DNA from: Macrostomum lignano
Taxonomy: Eukaryota
Length of the DNA: 64,000 nt
NCBI GenBank assembly: GCA_002269645.1
Contig: NIVC01000832.1
Coordinates: 1-64,000, forward strand
Direction: 5' to 3'
Shown: positions 25,031 to 37,002 of the stretch, in pieces
Layout: each line of letters begins with the position of its first letter
Numbering within the stretch: position 1 is the first letter of the stretch
Notes under the pieces: model-generated
The model's database searches: none
Seen by the model: the letters and a program-made list of their open reading frames with translations, nothing else
What the model was told of the DNA's origin: nothing
Position numbers and translations under genes: made by a program

Positions 25031-27060
25031 GTGATCGTACAGGATCCGCTTCAAAACCATGATGCCCCACCACCAAGATTGACAAATTTAAAACAAACAA
25101 AATCGTACGATAAACTAATTAATCGTTATGCAGAACTTAATTTTATATTCGGTAGTTGCAGTATAACTTGGAATAGTAAAACAAAGAAAAAAATACCATC
25201 AAGAATGCCAACCACAGAGGATAGAAATTCAACCCCCCCACCACTTCGACCAGAGGTAGACAACATGATTTGGATAGATACTCGAAATTCAAATATAACC
25301 GTAATCGATATTGATAATGCTGACCTATGCCCTGAGTTGAATGAACTGTGTATGACTCATTGTGATTGGATTGTTCAGACAAACAAGGGTCACCACTTTT
25401 ACTTTAACAAGGTAGATAGATTAAAAGTAACGATTCAACAAAGTGTGGGTTTTGACATTCCATCATTAGTATTTGCTCCACCAGGTTTATATTATGTCGA
25501 TGGTGAAATTAAGGAATACAAACGTATAAAGCCCGAAGGGTTAATAGACATGCCATATGTAATTCTTGATGAGATAAATAGATTAATAAAGCCACAGGAT
25601 AAAAATGAAAACCCAGAACCCGACAAACAGGCACTAAAAACCACCGTTCCACCACCCACTTGTGAAGGAGTTTCAAAGTTGGTAAATATAATACAACACA
25701 AAACCCAAGACTATGATACTTGGTACAAGGTAGCACTCATACTCCGCGACATAGACAGTGGTGATGAAATGTACAAAGTATTCACTGATTGGTCAAAAGT
25801 AAATTATGATAAGTTCGATTCCGAGTCATGTAAAAATGTGTGGAATAGCACCAGTACCAGCTCCACCGATCGAGAGGACAGACTTACTATCGGTACACTA
25901 AAGAAATGGGCAAGTGAAGAAAACTATAACAAATATAAGGAATGGAAAAGCAAATATGATTACTATGGTAGGATTGAGTATCCTGATGATAATTTCACTG
26001 ACGTTAACATAACCAACTTTGTTTATGAATATAAGAAAAAATAATATAATTTACAATAGCGATGGTATTTACTATTTTGATGTTGATAAGTGGAGTGAAC
26101 TAAGTAGTATGAATGACATATTTCTTAAAATATCAAATCTTGTTAGCAGTGAGGTAAACCACCGAAAGACTAGAGTCGAAATTGCAATTAAGAAGGCGGC
26201 TGATAATAAAGAGAAGTTAAAAGTTACTTGAAAAGAAACTACAGAGTACAATCAAGAATATAAATTTAATACAAGGAGCCACCAAACTTAAGCAGGTAAC
26301 TACTTTGTTCAAAGAGAGGTTTACTAACAATGAAATTAAATTCGACATGAAATGGAATTTGCTAGGGTTTAACGATGGAGTATACGACCTCATTACAGGT
26401 GAGTTTCGCGAGTATAGATATGACGATTACGTTACTAAATCGGTGGGATATAATTACTCGGATGTACTTAGAGTGAGTGATGACGACTATGAATTCATTG
26501 TTAATCTGCATAACCAAATTTATCCCGATCCAGAAAACAAAAAGAGTTGGGAATCCGTTATAGCCACAGCTCTAATGGGTAAGAATGTTGAAAACTTTAT
26601 GTTTGATGGCGCCGGTGGAAATGGCAAGGGGGTTGAGGACAACCTACTTCTTAGAACTCTAGGATCTGATTATGCAGCACCACTGAGTTCTGATGTTTTG
26701 TATTCACCAATAAAAATAGACAGGCCACAACCAGCCCGAGCACAAATTAATAAAAAGAGATTAGTGATCAGTCAAGAAGTAAGTGGTGTCTTGAACAATA
26801 CATCAATAAAATTACTAACTGGTGGAGGAGTTATTCAAGCTAGAACTTTATATTCAGGCCAGTGTAATGTTGTTTTACACGCAACCCTAATAGTCGAATG
26901 CAACAACTAGCCCGACTATAGACAAAATATTTGAGATGCAGAAAAAAGACGAATTATAAATATTAGTTACCCATGCAAATATACAACAGATACCGACATC
27001 ATTGATCATGAGAAACACATTTATAAAGCGGATTCATATCTCAAAACTGGCTATATCTCA
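25031..27060 (+). pseudogene. D5-type primase-helicase (Prim-Pol + PriCT-2 + D5_N + SF3 helicase), virus-like
   Basis: SNITVIDID...TNKGHHFYF (Prim-Pol); YDTWYKVALIL..FTDWSK..YDKF..LTIGTLKKWA (PriCT-2); LLGFNDGVYDL (D5_N); FDGAGGNGKG (Walker A); KRLVISQE; TLIVECNN. Frameshifts and stops near 26040, 26230 and 26910. Confidence 0.88.
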
Positions 27061-27404
27061 TATCTCAGATGATTTATAACAATCTGTCTCAACTGGCTTC
27101 CCTAATTTAAATTTTTTGAATAATTGTTTGAGTGAGAAAATTTAACATAATATTAACATAATATTAGAAGTAGAATATGGGCAAGAGAACATGTTAGGAA
27201 TAAATACGGTGAACAATACAGACATTAAGTGCACGCTAAGTATTTAATGTACATGAGCATGTGGATAAATAGGTAATGAACAGGGGAGCAAAATTATAAA
27301 TAGTGATTATGAACCGGTAAGTAAAAATACATATTAGCATAAGCAATAGAGCAACATACATATGAGCAATGGATATTTAGCGTGAGAAAATGAGTAAATG
27401 TACA

Positions 27405-28727
27405 TATTAATATGATTTAGCATGAGCGAATGAGTAAATGTACATGATTTGGCATGATTAAGCACGAGCGACTGAATAAATGTACATATTAATATAATTT
27501 AGCATGAGCGAATGAGTAAATGTACATGGTTTGGCATGATTAAGCACGAGCGACTGAATAAATGTACATAGTTATATGATTTAGCATGAGCGAATGAGTA
27601 AATGTACGTATTAATATGATTAAGCATGAGCGAATGAATAAATGTACATGGTTTGGCATGATTAAGCACGAGTGAATGAATAAATGTACATATTAATATG
27701 ATTTAGCATGAGCGAATGAGTAAATGTACATGATTTGGCATGATTAAGCACGAGCGACTGAATAAATGTACATAATTATATGATTTAGCATGAGCGAATG
27801 AGTAAATGTACATGGTTTGGCATGATTAAACACGAGCGACTGAATAAATGTACATAGTTATATGATTTAGCATGAGCGAATGAGTAAATGTACGTATTAA
27901 TATGATTAAGCATGAGCGAATGAATAAATGTACATGGTTTGGCATGATTAAGCACGAGTGAATGAATAAATGTACATATTAATATGATTTAGCATGAGCG
28001 AATGAGTAAATGTACATGATTTGGCATGATTAAGCACGAGCGACTGAATAAATGTACATAATTATATGATTTAGCATGAGCGAATGAGTAAATGTACATG
28101 GTTTGGCATGATTAAACACGAGCGACTGAATAAATGTACATAATTATATGATATAGCATGAGCGAATGAGTAAATGTACGTATTAATATGATTAAGCATG
28201 AGCGAATGAATAAATGTACATGGTTTGGCATGATTAAGCACGAGTGAATGAATAAATGTACATATTAATATGATTTAGCATGAGCGAATGAGTAAATGTA
28301 CATGGTTTGGCATGATTAAGCACGAGCGACTGAATAAATGTACATAATTATATGATTTAGCATGAGCGAATGAGTAAATGTACATGGTTTGGCATGATTA
28401 AACACGAGCGACTGAATAAATGTACATAATTATATGATTTAGCATGAGCGAATGAGTAAATGTACGTATTAATATGATTAAGCATGAGCGAATGAATAAA
28501 TGTACATGGTTTGGCATGATTAAGCACGAGTGAATGAATAAATGTACATATTAATATGATTTAGCATGAGCGAATGAGTAAATGTACATGGTTTGGCATG
28601 ATTAAGCACGAGCAACTGAATAAATGTACATATTAATATGATTAAGCATGAGTGAATGAGTAAATGTACATGGTTTGGCATGATTAAGCACGAGCGACTG
28701 AATAAATGTACATATTAATATGATTAA
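27405..28727. repeat. Higher-order satellite: 40/42-bp monomers in a 7-monomer, 286-bp unit
   Basis: Diagnostic TACGTA variant at 27605, 27891, 28177 and 28463 (exact 286-bp spacing = 3x42 + 4x40). Confidence 0.92.
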
Positions 28728-28772
28728 ATGTTACTAGGACTTAGCCAGAAAGCAAAATTATGTCTTACTTAA

Positions 28773-29861
28773 TCAATTCATATTAAAATCTAGCGGAAGG
28801 CTGTCCTCAACTGGCCAACCGAGATCGGCGGCCATCCAACACACCTCGAACCTGAGTTGCAGCTGCTGGTAGGCCCAGCCTGCCTGATGGATGGTCTGCA
28901 GCGCATACCAAACTGCTCGGCGCCAAGCGGCAATGCTTTCTTCATAGCTAAATTCTCGGCGTAGAGCTTTGATCGTCTCCTTTGGTTCGCCGGCCTGTGG
29001 CATAAACCCTCGCCCATCCAGGCGGAGCAGGGCTACGCGGCACAAATAATTCTTCAGTTGGCCGATCAGGTACTTGTAATAGTCATGGCGCTGCCTTGGA
29101 ATGGATGACAGTACTGCCGAAAAATTGGCGCCCAATTGCATTTGAGATTGTTGACGGGCTGGTTGCGCCCTACGCCGATATTCCGGCGTGGCGGGCAGTC
29201 CCTGCTGAAGGCTCTCAGTAGATACTTCCGTCTGCTGCCGCGGCATTCCCGCGGCTGTCGACATAGCTGTCTGTGGCATGGAAAGCCTGGTTGCCGTAGA
29301 AATTTGCTGCTGCTGTCGCGGCTCCTGTCTGGGGAGGATTGTTCGCTGTCGTTTGGCGATGATGTGCTGGGTAGCTGTAGCGCCTTCAGGCTGCCGTTTG
29401 ATGAGGGCCTGGCTGACCTCTACAGGCTTTTCTGCCTGCCTTTTGAGTAGAGCGGCCCGAGCCCCTGGCTCATGCGGCACAAGCTGTTTAGCCGGTCTGA
29501 TGACAATTTACTTCAATCTCTGAGTGGGTCTCGATGGCGAGGCCGTTACTTCACTTGCCGCTTCCTGTTTGCTGTCTATATGCTGGGCGTATACCGCCTC
29601 CTGCTGGCTGTTGTGGGCGTACACCGCCTCTGATTTGCTGCTGCTGACTTGGTGGGCGTATACCGCCTCACTCTGACCACTGTTGTGCGCTCCTTGACTA
29701 TCGCTGGCGTATACCGCCTTCTGCTGGTTGCCTAGCTGGCCATTTTCCGCCTTTTTCGGCCTGTCTATATCCTGGGCATCTACTGCCTCCTCTTCCTGAC
29801 ACAAATCTACTGTAAAACTGGCTAATAGCTGATCGAATGCCTCAGCATCAAAGTCTTCCAT
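28773..29861 (-). pseudogene. Gypsy accessory ORF3 (copy 1), ~362 aa, one internal nonsense codon
   Basis: ORFs 29508-29861 and 28773-29480 are in the same frame; TAA in RLK*IVIRP matches Ser in copy 2 (RLKSVVIRP). Confidence 0.8.
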
Positions 29862-29944
29862 TGTAATGCTTTGGTTTTTAAGCTTTGGCTAACTCTGGAT
29901 TCTAGTTCTGGTTTTTATCCTAGTCTCTCTCCTGGCTCTGTGTG

Positions 29945-30082
29945 CCCTTTTATAATTTTTGACTTCCCCCCTGCTGAGTTAATTCAAACAAACTAACTTG
30001 TTTTAATCTGTACAAATTATCTTATTGGCCGTTGCGCAATAAAACACTTGATTTAAACCGCAACTGAATTCCTATTGGCTGA
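29945..30082 (-). promoter_or_regulatory. Internal promoter of ORF3 (TATA, two CCAAT boxes, TTGCGCAA)
   Basis: TATAAAA at 29954-29948, two ATTGG, TTGCGCAA at 30032-30039; the whole non-coding block is conserved at ~58590-58727. Confidence 0.65.
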
Positions 30083-31717
30083 CTAAAAGTTCAGTTTCTC
30101 TAGCAACCTCCAAACAGTAGTAAGCTTTTTTAGATAACACTGGCATCTGACGGGCGGCCTAGTGCGGCTGCGTGTGTTATATGGTTTAGTTTTATTACCC
30201 TCTTTGTCTGGCGTACCCCCATTCTCAGGGTGGCCCGCATGCGCGCCTTCTCCTTCCCCTTGTTCTGTTTCGCGTCTGTTATCGATCGTTACTTCTCCTC
30301 CCTCTCGCTCTGACCTCTCCTTTTCCTCTTCCACTAGGCTCTCATGTTGCATATTATTTTCTATCTCAGCTTCTGACTCCGCTTCCAACTCTGATTCATT
30401 CTCATGTACCGATTGTTCATTTTCACGAATCTTGCAAAACCACTTCGGCTGTTCCTCATCAGAGCTTTCCTCTTCTAATTCGATAACTGGTTCCTCTAGT
30501 TTATTCTTTCTGACGTGGCTTCCCTTGCTTGATTGTCCTACCTCCTGCTGATTTCTTTTATTTAAATGCTTAGTTATCGTCTGGCTTTCCTTATTAGTAA
30601 TTTCTACTGTCTCAGCGCTCTCCTGGCTTCCCTTATCTATTGGCTCTTTCACAGAGTTTGGCACTGGGGCCATGTTATCCCTATGCACTAATAACTTGTT
30701 GCCTACTAACTCGCCTTCTTCTTCCTTCTGAATCTTAAAAACTACTTCTGAGATTTGCTTAAGCACTCGAAAGGCGGCTCGCTTTTTCCTATGAAACTTA
30801 TTAGACTCGTCAATGTTAAGTTGTGGATTATTAATTAGCACTAAGCTTCCTACTTCGATAACCTTTGGCTTTTTCTGATTCTCGGCGTCTGTCTGTCTCT
30901 TATCGTGAACTTTCGCAAACTTTTCTTTAACTATTTTTCTAGCGCTTTCTAATCTTTCGGCATCTTTCGGCATAGCGTATTGATTTGGCTCTCTAAGTTC
31001 GCTGTCTATGGGCAAAACTGCCTCTCTGCCAAACAATAAAAAATGCGGCGAATAGCCTGTAGTTTGATTAACGCTAGTTCTCACTGCAACTAAGGCTGCT
31101 GGAATTAATAAATCCCAATTGCTATGATCTTTCTCAATCAGGCATGTGACTATTGACTTGACCTGCTTGTTAAATCTCTCAACTAAACCATTGCTCTGTG
31201 CGTGATATGGAGTTGTGAAAGTGTGCTTCACATTGTACAGCTCACAGAATGCACTAAATTGTTTGCTAGTGAATGCCTTGCCATTATCTGTGTGGATCCA
31301 TTGGCATTGGCTATATTCACTAAATACTCTTTCTTGCAATAGCTTAAATATTTTGATACACGCTTTTTGATTGCGCATTGGAAATGCAAATGGATAGCGA
31401 GTATTGCTGTCTACTATTGTCAACACATATTGATGGCCTCTTTTGCTAATCTTTGAAATTGGCCCTATCACATCTATGTGTAATCGGTGAAATGGCTCAC
31501 TAATTGGAAATGACTGAATCGGAGCTTGCACTTTATGGCCTCTTTTGCTCTCTAAGCATGGGATGCACTCTGCCAAATGCTTTTCTACTGCGGCTACTAA
31601 GCCTGGTCTACAGAATCTCTCTTTAACTCGCTGAACTGTTTTGTCTCTACCTAAATGTCCTGCTAGCGGGCTATCATGCAGATCGCTAAACACTAGCTTA
31701 TCTAAAGACTTAGGCAA
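30083..31717 (-). pseudogene. pol: Gypsy integrase (HHCC, DDE) with long acidic C-terminal extension
   Basis: LHDSPLAGHLG..CIPC; RLHIDVIGP; IHTDNGKAF; NGLVERFN. Separated from RT-RH by a GGA>TGA stop relative to copy 2. Confidence 0.95.
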
Positions 31718-31732
31718 AACTATTTTCCAGAT

Positions 31733-33553
31733 TCATTCTTCTTCTATAGTCAACAGATTCCTTTCTAGCTTCATTTTCTCATATTTTCGTCTCAACTGCT
31801 TCAGTTCGACTGACTCATTTTTCTGAATTGGCGGGACTGACAGATTTTCTTGCTTCCACTCTATTAGTGTGCAGATTGCTGTGTCTTCCCTCTGAGCTTT
31901 AACAATTTGCTCCTTCTTCAATGGTACTTGCAAGTAGTCGGTTAGTAATTTTGTAACTTTAGGTATCTCACTCTCTCTGTGATCAGGTTCAGTGTCTCTG
32001 TTCTGTTGCGTTAAGCTTGAACTCAGTGCTGACACATCTTTTACCTTCGCACCTTCTACTCCTGAAATGACTAATGGCTTGATCCTAGACTCTGAGTCCT
32101 CGGGATGCGAAGTCTGCATCTCTCTTTCTCCTTCTTCTACTGTCTCGCCTACCGCAGCATTCACGCTGTCTCTCGGATTCACGCCTTTTTCACTTTCATA
32201 GGCTTTCACGCCTTGCTTAATCTCACTTTCATAGGCTTTCACGCCTTGCTTAATCTCACTTTCATAGGCTTTCACGCCTTGCTTAATCTCACTTTCATAG
32301 GCTTTCACGCCTTGCTTAATTTCGGTTGCTTCAGCTACTTCTGCCGGTCTTCTGGACAAACTGTCCACGTTGGAATGTTTGGCACCGCTTCTATGCTCAA
32401 TATCGAATTGAAATTCATTTAAGCGTTCCACCCAACGTCCTAGAATCCCTTGGGCCTCTGTTTGCCTTAACAACCATAAAATCGCCTTATGATCTGTGCG
32501 TGCTAGAAATCGCTTTCCTATTAGATAAAATCTAAAATGCTTCATTGCGTCTACTAGCGCTAATAGTTCTTTCCTAGTTATTGGATATCGCTTTTCTGTC
32601 TCTTTCAAAGCACGACTGAAATATGCTATAGGTCTCTCGATGCCATCTGACTGGATTTGGCCTAGGCAGGCCCCTATGCGTCCATCACTAGCATCAGTAT
32701 CTAAGACCATTCTAACATTCTCATCGTCTACAAACTCTGGATAGGCTAGCACTTCTGTTGACATCATTCTTTTCTTAAGCTCTTCAAATGCTTCATCATA
32801 AGCTCTAGTCCACTTTGCCTGAAAGTTCTGCACTCCTTTCCTAGTTAGTTGAAATAACGGATGTGCAGCCTCAGCATAATTCTTAACAAAGCGACTATAA
32901 TAATTGCATAATCCTAAGAAACTTCTTAGCTCTTTTACATCTTTTGGCTTTGGCCAGCTCCTAATGGCTTCTATCTTAGCTTCATCAGTCCTAATTCCTT
33001 CTCTTCCAATTACATGGCCTAAATATTTTAACTCTCTATGAAATAGGTTGCACTTTTTAGCTCTTAGTTTCAGTCGTGCACTAATTAGTCTTTTAAATAC
33101 CTCTCTAAGGTGTTCTAAATGATCTTCAAACTGCTTAGAATAGGTCACTATATCATCTATGTATGACATGGCATATTTATGCTGAATGCCTGCTAACACT
33201 AGATTCATAAGCCTTTGAAAAGTACCTGGGGCATTAGATAAGCCCTGAGCCATAACTTGATACTCAAACTGACCTCTTGTTAATGTTGAAAATGCAGTCA
33301 TAAACTTGTGTTCCTCTTTTATCGGAACTTGCCAATAACCAGAATTCAGGTCAAGGCTACTAAAATACTGACTGCCTGTTAAGTTTGAAAATGTCTCCTG
33401 AATATTTTGCAGCGGATACGGAAAGTAGTTCACTCGTGAATTCAGCACTCTAAAATCACTGACTATTCGAATAGTACCATCTTTCTTCGGTACAATCACT
33501 AAAGGTTTTGAATAAGTCGAATAGCATGGCCTAATTAAGTTCTTAGCTAACAC
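31733..33553 (-). pseudogene. pol: Gypsy reverse transcriptase + RNase H
   Basis: FSSLDLNSGYWQVP, QGLSNAPGTFQRLM, SYIDDIV, LDTDASD, YPITRKELLAL, RTDHKA. Confidence 0.97.
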
Positions 33554-33562
33554 GTCATCTAG

Positions 33563-34987
33563 CTAAGCATCTACCTGTTTCTGCAGATGAGGGGGAATCC
33601 TTCTAGTCGGAATCCTAACAGGTGTCTCATCCCTTAGTGAGATTTCATGCGTGACTAATAATGTTAAGCCCATATCTAGATAATGTTGAGAAAAGGCCTC
33701 TCTATGCTCTTTTACGAGCTGAATCACCCTATCTCTCTGTTCTGCTGTCAAATCTTCACTAATATCTATTTCGCTAATCCAAGTTTCACTTGTAGATTGC
33801 GTTTGATTGACACGTCCGGTGATTGGCTGATCTGGCGGCACGGTTTGATCTACTTCATTATTCATATAAGTGAGCTCTCTAGCCCTGATTGGCTTAGCTA
33901 AACCTACTAAGGTTGATTTCGGCAATTTCACTTCTACCGTGCTTTGATTCACTACTTCTACTATGGCTACGCCATCGCGCATAGTAACTAAGGTCGGATT
34001 CATTTCTAGTGTCTCTGTCTTAGTCCTAATACTACTTCCAATGGTCTCAATAGTCATTGGCGTGACATAATTGGCTTCTGAATTTTTGGCTAATCTAACT
34101 GGGACTCGCAGTGCGCTATTAGGCGGAACTACTGCTCTCTCCTGAGTGTATACCCGGCAAACTTTTACTGGTAAATGAGTATACTGCATGGGAATACAAG
34201 TCCCCTCTTTTAAAATTAACATGCGTTTTGCTAATTGAATGCTTTCACAGCGATTTTTAAATAATTCCATGCCTAGTATGTTGTCACAATCGTGGCTGCA
34301 AAGTAGGAATTCTATTTCTAATTCTAAATCTCCGAACTGCACTAAAGTACTTGCTTCTGCTTCTAATTTCACTGTAGTTCCATCAAATGTGGAAACTCTC
34401 CTACTTGTTTCTGTAATCTGACTCGGCTCGAATACTTTTGACCAAACTGATCTACTTAGAAAATTATTTTGAGCGCCTGTGTCTATTAGAAAGTCTACTT
34501 CTTGATTATCGATATTGCCTACTACTATTGCTTCATAGCCTGTCTGATTTACTAATTCAACTTTCGGTTTCGGAAAAATCTTTTGCTTAACTTTTTTCTT
34601 AGACTTTGGCTGGCGAAAATCGGGTTCGGACTCTTCTTCTACTACTGGTGCTAAGTTTCCAGTAGCATAAGCAGGATTGACACATGGTGATGCGGCTGGT
34701 GCATACGCATGAGGTGCTGACGCAGAACAAGTGGAAATTGGTGCTGGTGCAAACGCATTATTTACATGCACACCACCTATGTGTCCTTTTCGCATTGGGA
34801 CAGTTCGCCAACCTTCACTATCTACACTATATTTACAATTAGAGGCCTTCATTTTGTACTCATTTCTCCTAGAGGGTCGTGGCCTCTCATGCCACCCTCT
34901 GTACTCTAGTTTCCCTGTTTGCGATTCACGCGGCACTGGTGACCTATACCAGGCCTTATTGAACCGGGTTGCTGGCAAATTGCACAC
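33563..34987 (-). pseudogene. pol: Gypsy aspartic protease region
   Basis: VDFLIDTGAQNNFLS, ILGMELF; followed in frame, across one TAG, by RT. Confidence 0.92.
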
Positions 34988-35844
34988 CTTCCTGGCTGCG
35001 GCGAATAAGAGCGAATCGGAAACTCTCTCCTAGGTCTAGGCTGATAATATGCCGGAACTCTCGGCTGAAATGCCGGTTGCTGCTGATAATTCTGTCGCGG
35101 CATCTGAGCTGGGCATGGCTGCGGTCTGCGGCATGGCTTGTGCGCCATCAGCTCCTGAATCAGCTTTTTCTGTTGCTCTAACTCATTCTTCTGCTGCTGA
35201 ACTAAGTCTTGGAGCTTCTTCTCTTGCTCTCCTTCTCCTTCTTTCATCATCCTAACACCTCCTTTGTGCGATAGTTGCCATGCGGCCTCAATTCGCCTTA
35301 GCATTCGCCTAGCTTCTTGCAGATTCGCAGGTTGGGCGAAGATTAACTTCTGCCTAGTGTCTGGCGGAATCCTAACTCCTTTGATAAACTGCTCAACTAT
35401 CTCCTCCTCTCGCTGTTCTGCATTCATGTTTGGGAAGGCCCTATCTGATAGCTCAATCAGCGCATCAGCATAAGCGTCCTTTGACTCATTCCTTCCTTGC
35501 ATTCTGCCTCTAAACTCTTCCCTAAATTCTGACGCATTTCCTATTCTACCAAATCTCTCGATCAAGTGCTCCTTGAATTCTTCATATCCTAGATCTTCTG
35601 GCAGATTAAGTCGCTGTACAGCGGCGAACGCTGTTGCTAAGTCTAGATTAGCTAATAGCTCAGTTTTCCTATGATTCTCCTCGATTCCTTCTGATTCACA
35701 CCTCTGATCAAAAGCTGTCAACCAGATCCTAATGTCTTGGCTTGGCGTGTACTTTTGAATTCTCACATGCCTCGCTGGTCCTATTTCTAAACGATTCCTA
35801 AGCTCTTCAGCTAGTAGCGCTAATGCGTCATTAATTCCTGCCAT
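34906..35844 (-). CDS. gag: Gypsy Gag (capsid-like, degenerate zinc knuckle)
   Basis: First ORF after the PBS; FRGRMQGRNES..YADAL..L...AF; EQFIKGV; CAICQQPG remnant. Confidence 0.85.
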   Translation of the reverse strand: MAGINDALALLAEELRNRLEIGPARHVRIQKYTPSQDIRIWLTAFDQRCESEGIEENHRKTELLANLDLATAFAAVQRLNLPEDLGYEEFKEHLIERFGRIGNASEFREEFRGRMQGRNESKDAYADALIELSDRAFPNMNAEQREEEIVEQFIKGVRIPPDTRQKLIFAQPANLQEARRMLRRIEAAWQLSHKGGVRMMKEGEGEQEKKLQDLVQQQKNELEQQKKLIQELMAHKPCRRPQPCPAQMPRQNYQQQPAFQPRVPAYYQPRPRREFPIRSYSPQPGRCAICQQPGSIRPGIGHQCRVNRKQGN

Positions 35845-35890
35845 TTTTCACTTATCTAGTTAGCTTTCCGCTGGTTTCTTGATCCCTTAA

Positions 35891-35901
35891 CGCTGCCACC
35901 A
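35891..35901 (-). promoter_or_regulatory. PBS (tRNA-Leu type) of Gypsy copy 1
   Basis: TGGTGGCAGCG, 3 nt from the LTR end ...TGTGACA. Confidence 0.8.
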
Positions 35902-37002
35902 AGTTGTCACAGACGTGTTTCCTCCTTCTTCTAGATCCCACTAGATGTCACCAAGTTGTCGCAGACGTACTCGTTTCTAACTGCAATTTCACCTTAAAGC
36001 CACTGAGCCTTTTACAGACTTTCTGGTTCTTATCACTAAGCTGTCTATTTCTAGTAGTATTGGCTGCCCTAAACTATGACCTTTCTCTAATTTCACACGA
36101 TTTCTTGGAAACCTTGTGATAGCGTGTAGTCCCCGCGCGCAGTGGCGTACTCAGGATTTAGTTTTGGGGGGGGGGCCGCAATCCTTAGGGGCGCCAATGT
36201 TGGGTGTCTTGTGGGGGCGCCATTTGCCAATGTTGCGTGCTTAAAATTTAAATCATGAATATTGAACAATTTGAGCACTTTTGTATTTCGACTTGTACTT
36301 ATTTATTAGAAAATAACTATTATGCTTAATTTGTTTATTGGACTTTATGTATGATCACGTAGGAACAACCGCGAAATTGGCATTCAAGGCATCAATCAGA
36401 ATCGATTCAAATGCGCGCAAAAGTTAAGTACAATAACTAAACTCACATGCAAATATAGACAATATTTTGTACTGACAGATTAAAAAAACTCATAGCATGG
36501 GAAAGTCGTTTTACGATGTGAGAAATTTTCATTAAATTTGAGCATGAAAAGTTTCAGAGTAATGAGAAAGGTATGAAACATTCGTCGAATTTTGCACAGA
36601 CACTTCTATAGAAACTTTTCAAAGAAACATAAATAAATGTCCAAATATAATAGGCAACTCCTGAAAACACTGCACATATACTTTTATCGTCCATGCTTGC
36701 AGATTTTTTAAAGCAGTTTTCATTGAATAGAATGATCTAGAAGCCTCGCAAAATGACAAAGAACTTGTTTTACTACACCCAGTCACCCATTATTTCTTGG
36801 AAATCAACTAAGTATATAACAAGTATCTGTGAAAGTAATAAATAAGCCTATTTGAACAGCTTGCTAAAATGTCAATACACAGAATACGCAAAGCAGGAAA
36901 ATGTCAATACATAAGATCCGGTAAATGGCACCTACTACAATAGTATATGACGGCTCGTACTCGTACGAGCTAGGATCGCAAATTAAAACAATAGCTAACA
37001 CT

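Noticed and set aside
27405-28727. CRISPR-like regular repeat array
   Set aside because: There are no unique spacers; the monomers are contiguous satellite variants, the context is eukaryotic and no cas genes are present. The same applies to the 183-bp, 14-bp and 15-bp arrays.
28773-29861. Calling ORF3 an env gene
   Set aside because: No signal peptide, furin site or transmembrane helix is visible in either copy.
34906-34987. Programmed gag-pol frameshift at the ORF overlap
   Set aside because: The zinc knuckle is degenerate here and copy 2 lacks this region, so a mutational frameshift cannot be excluded; no clear slippery site was identified.
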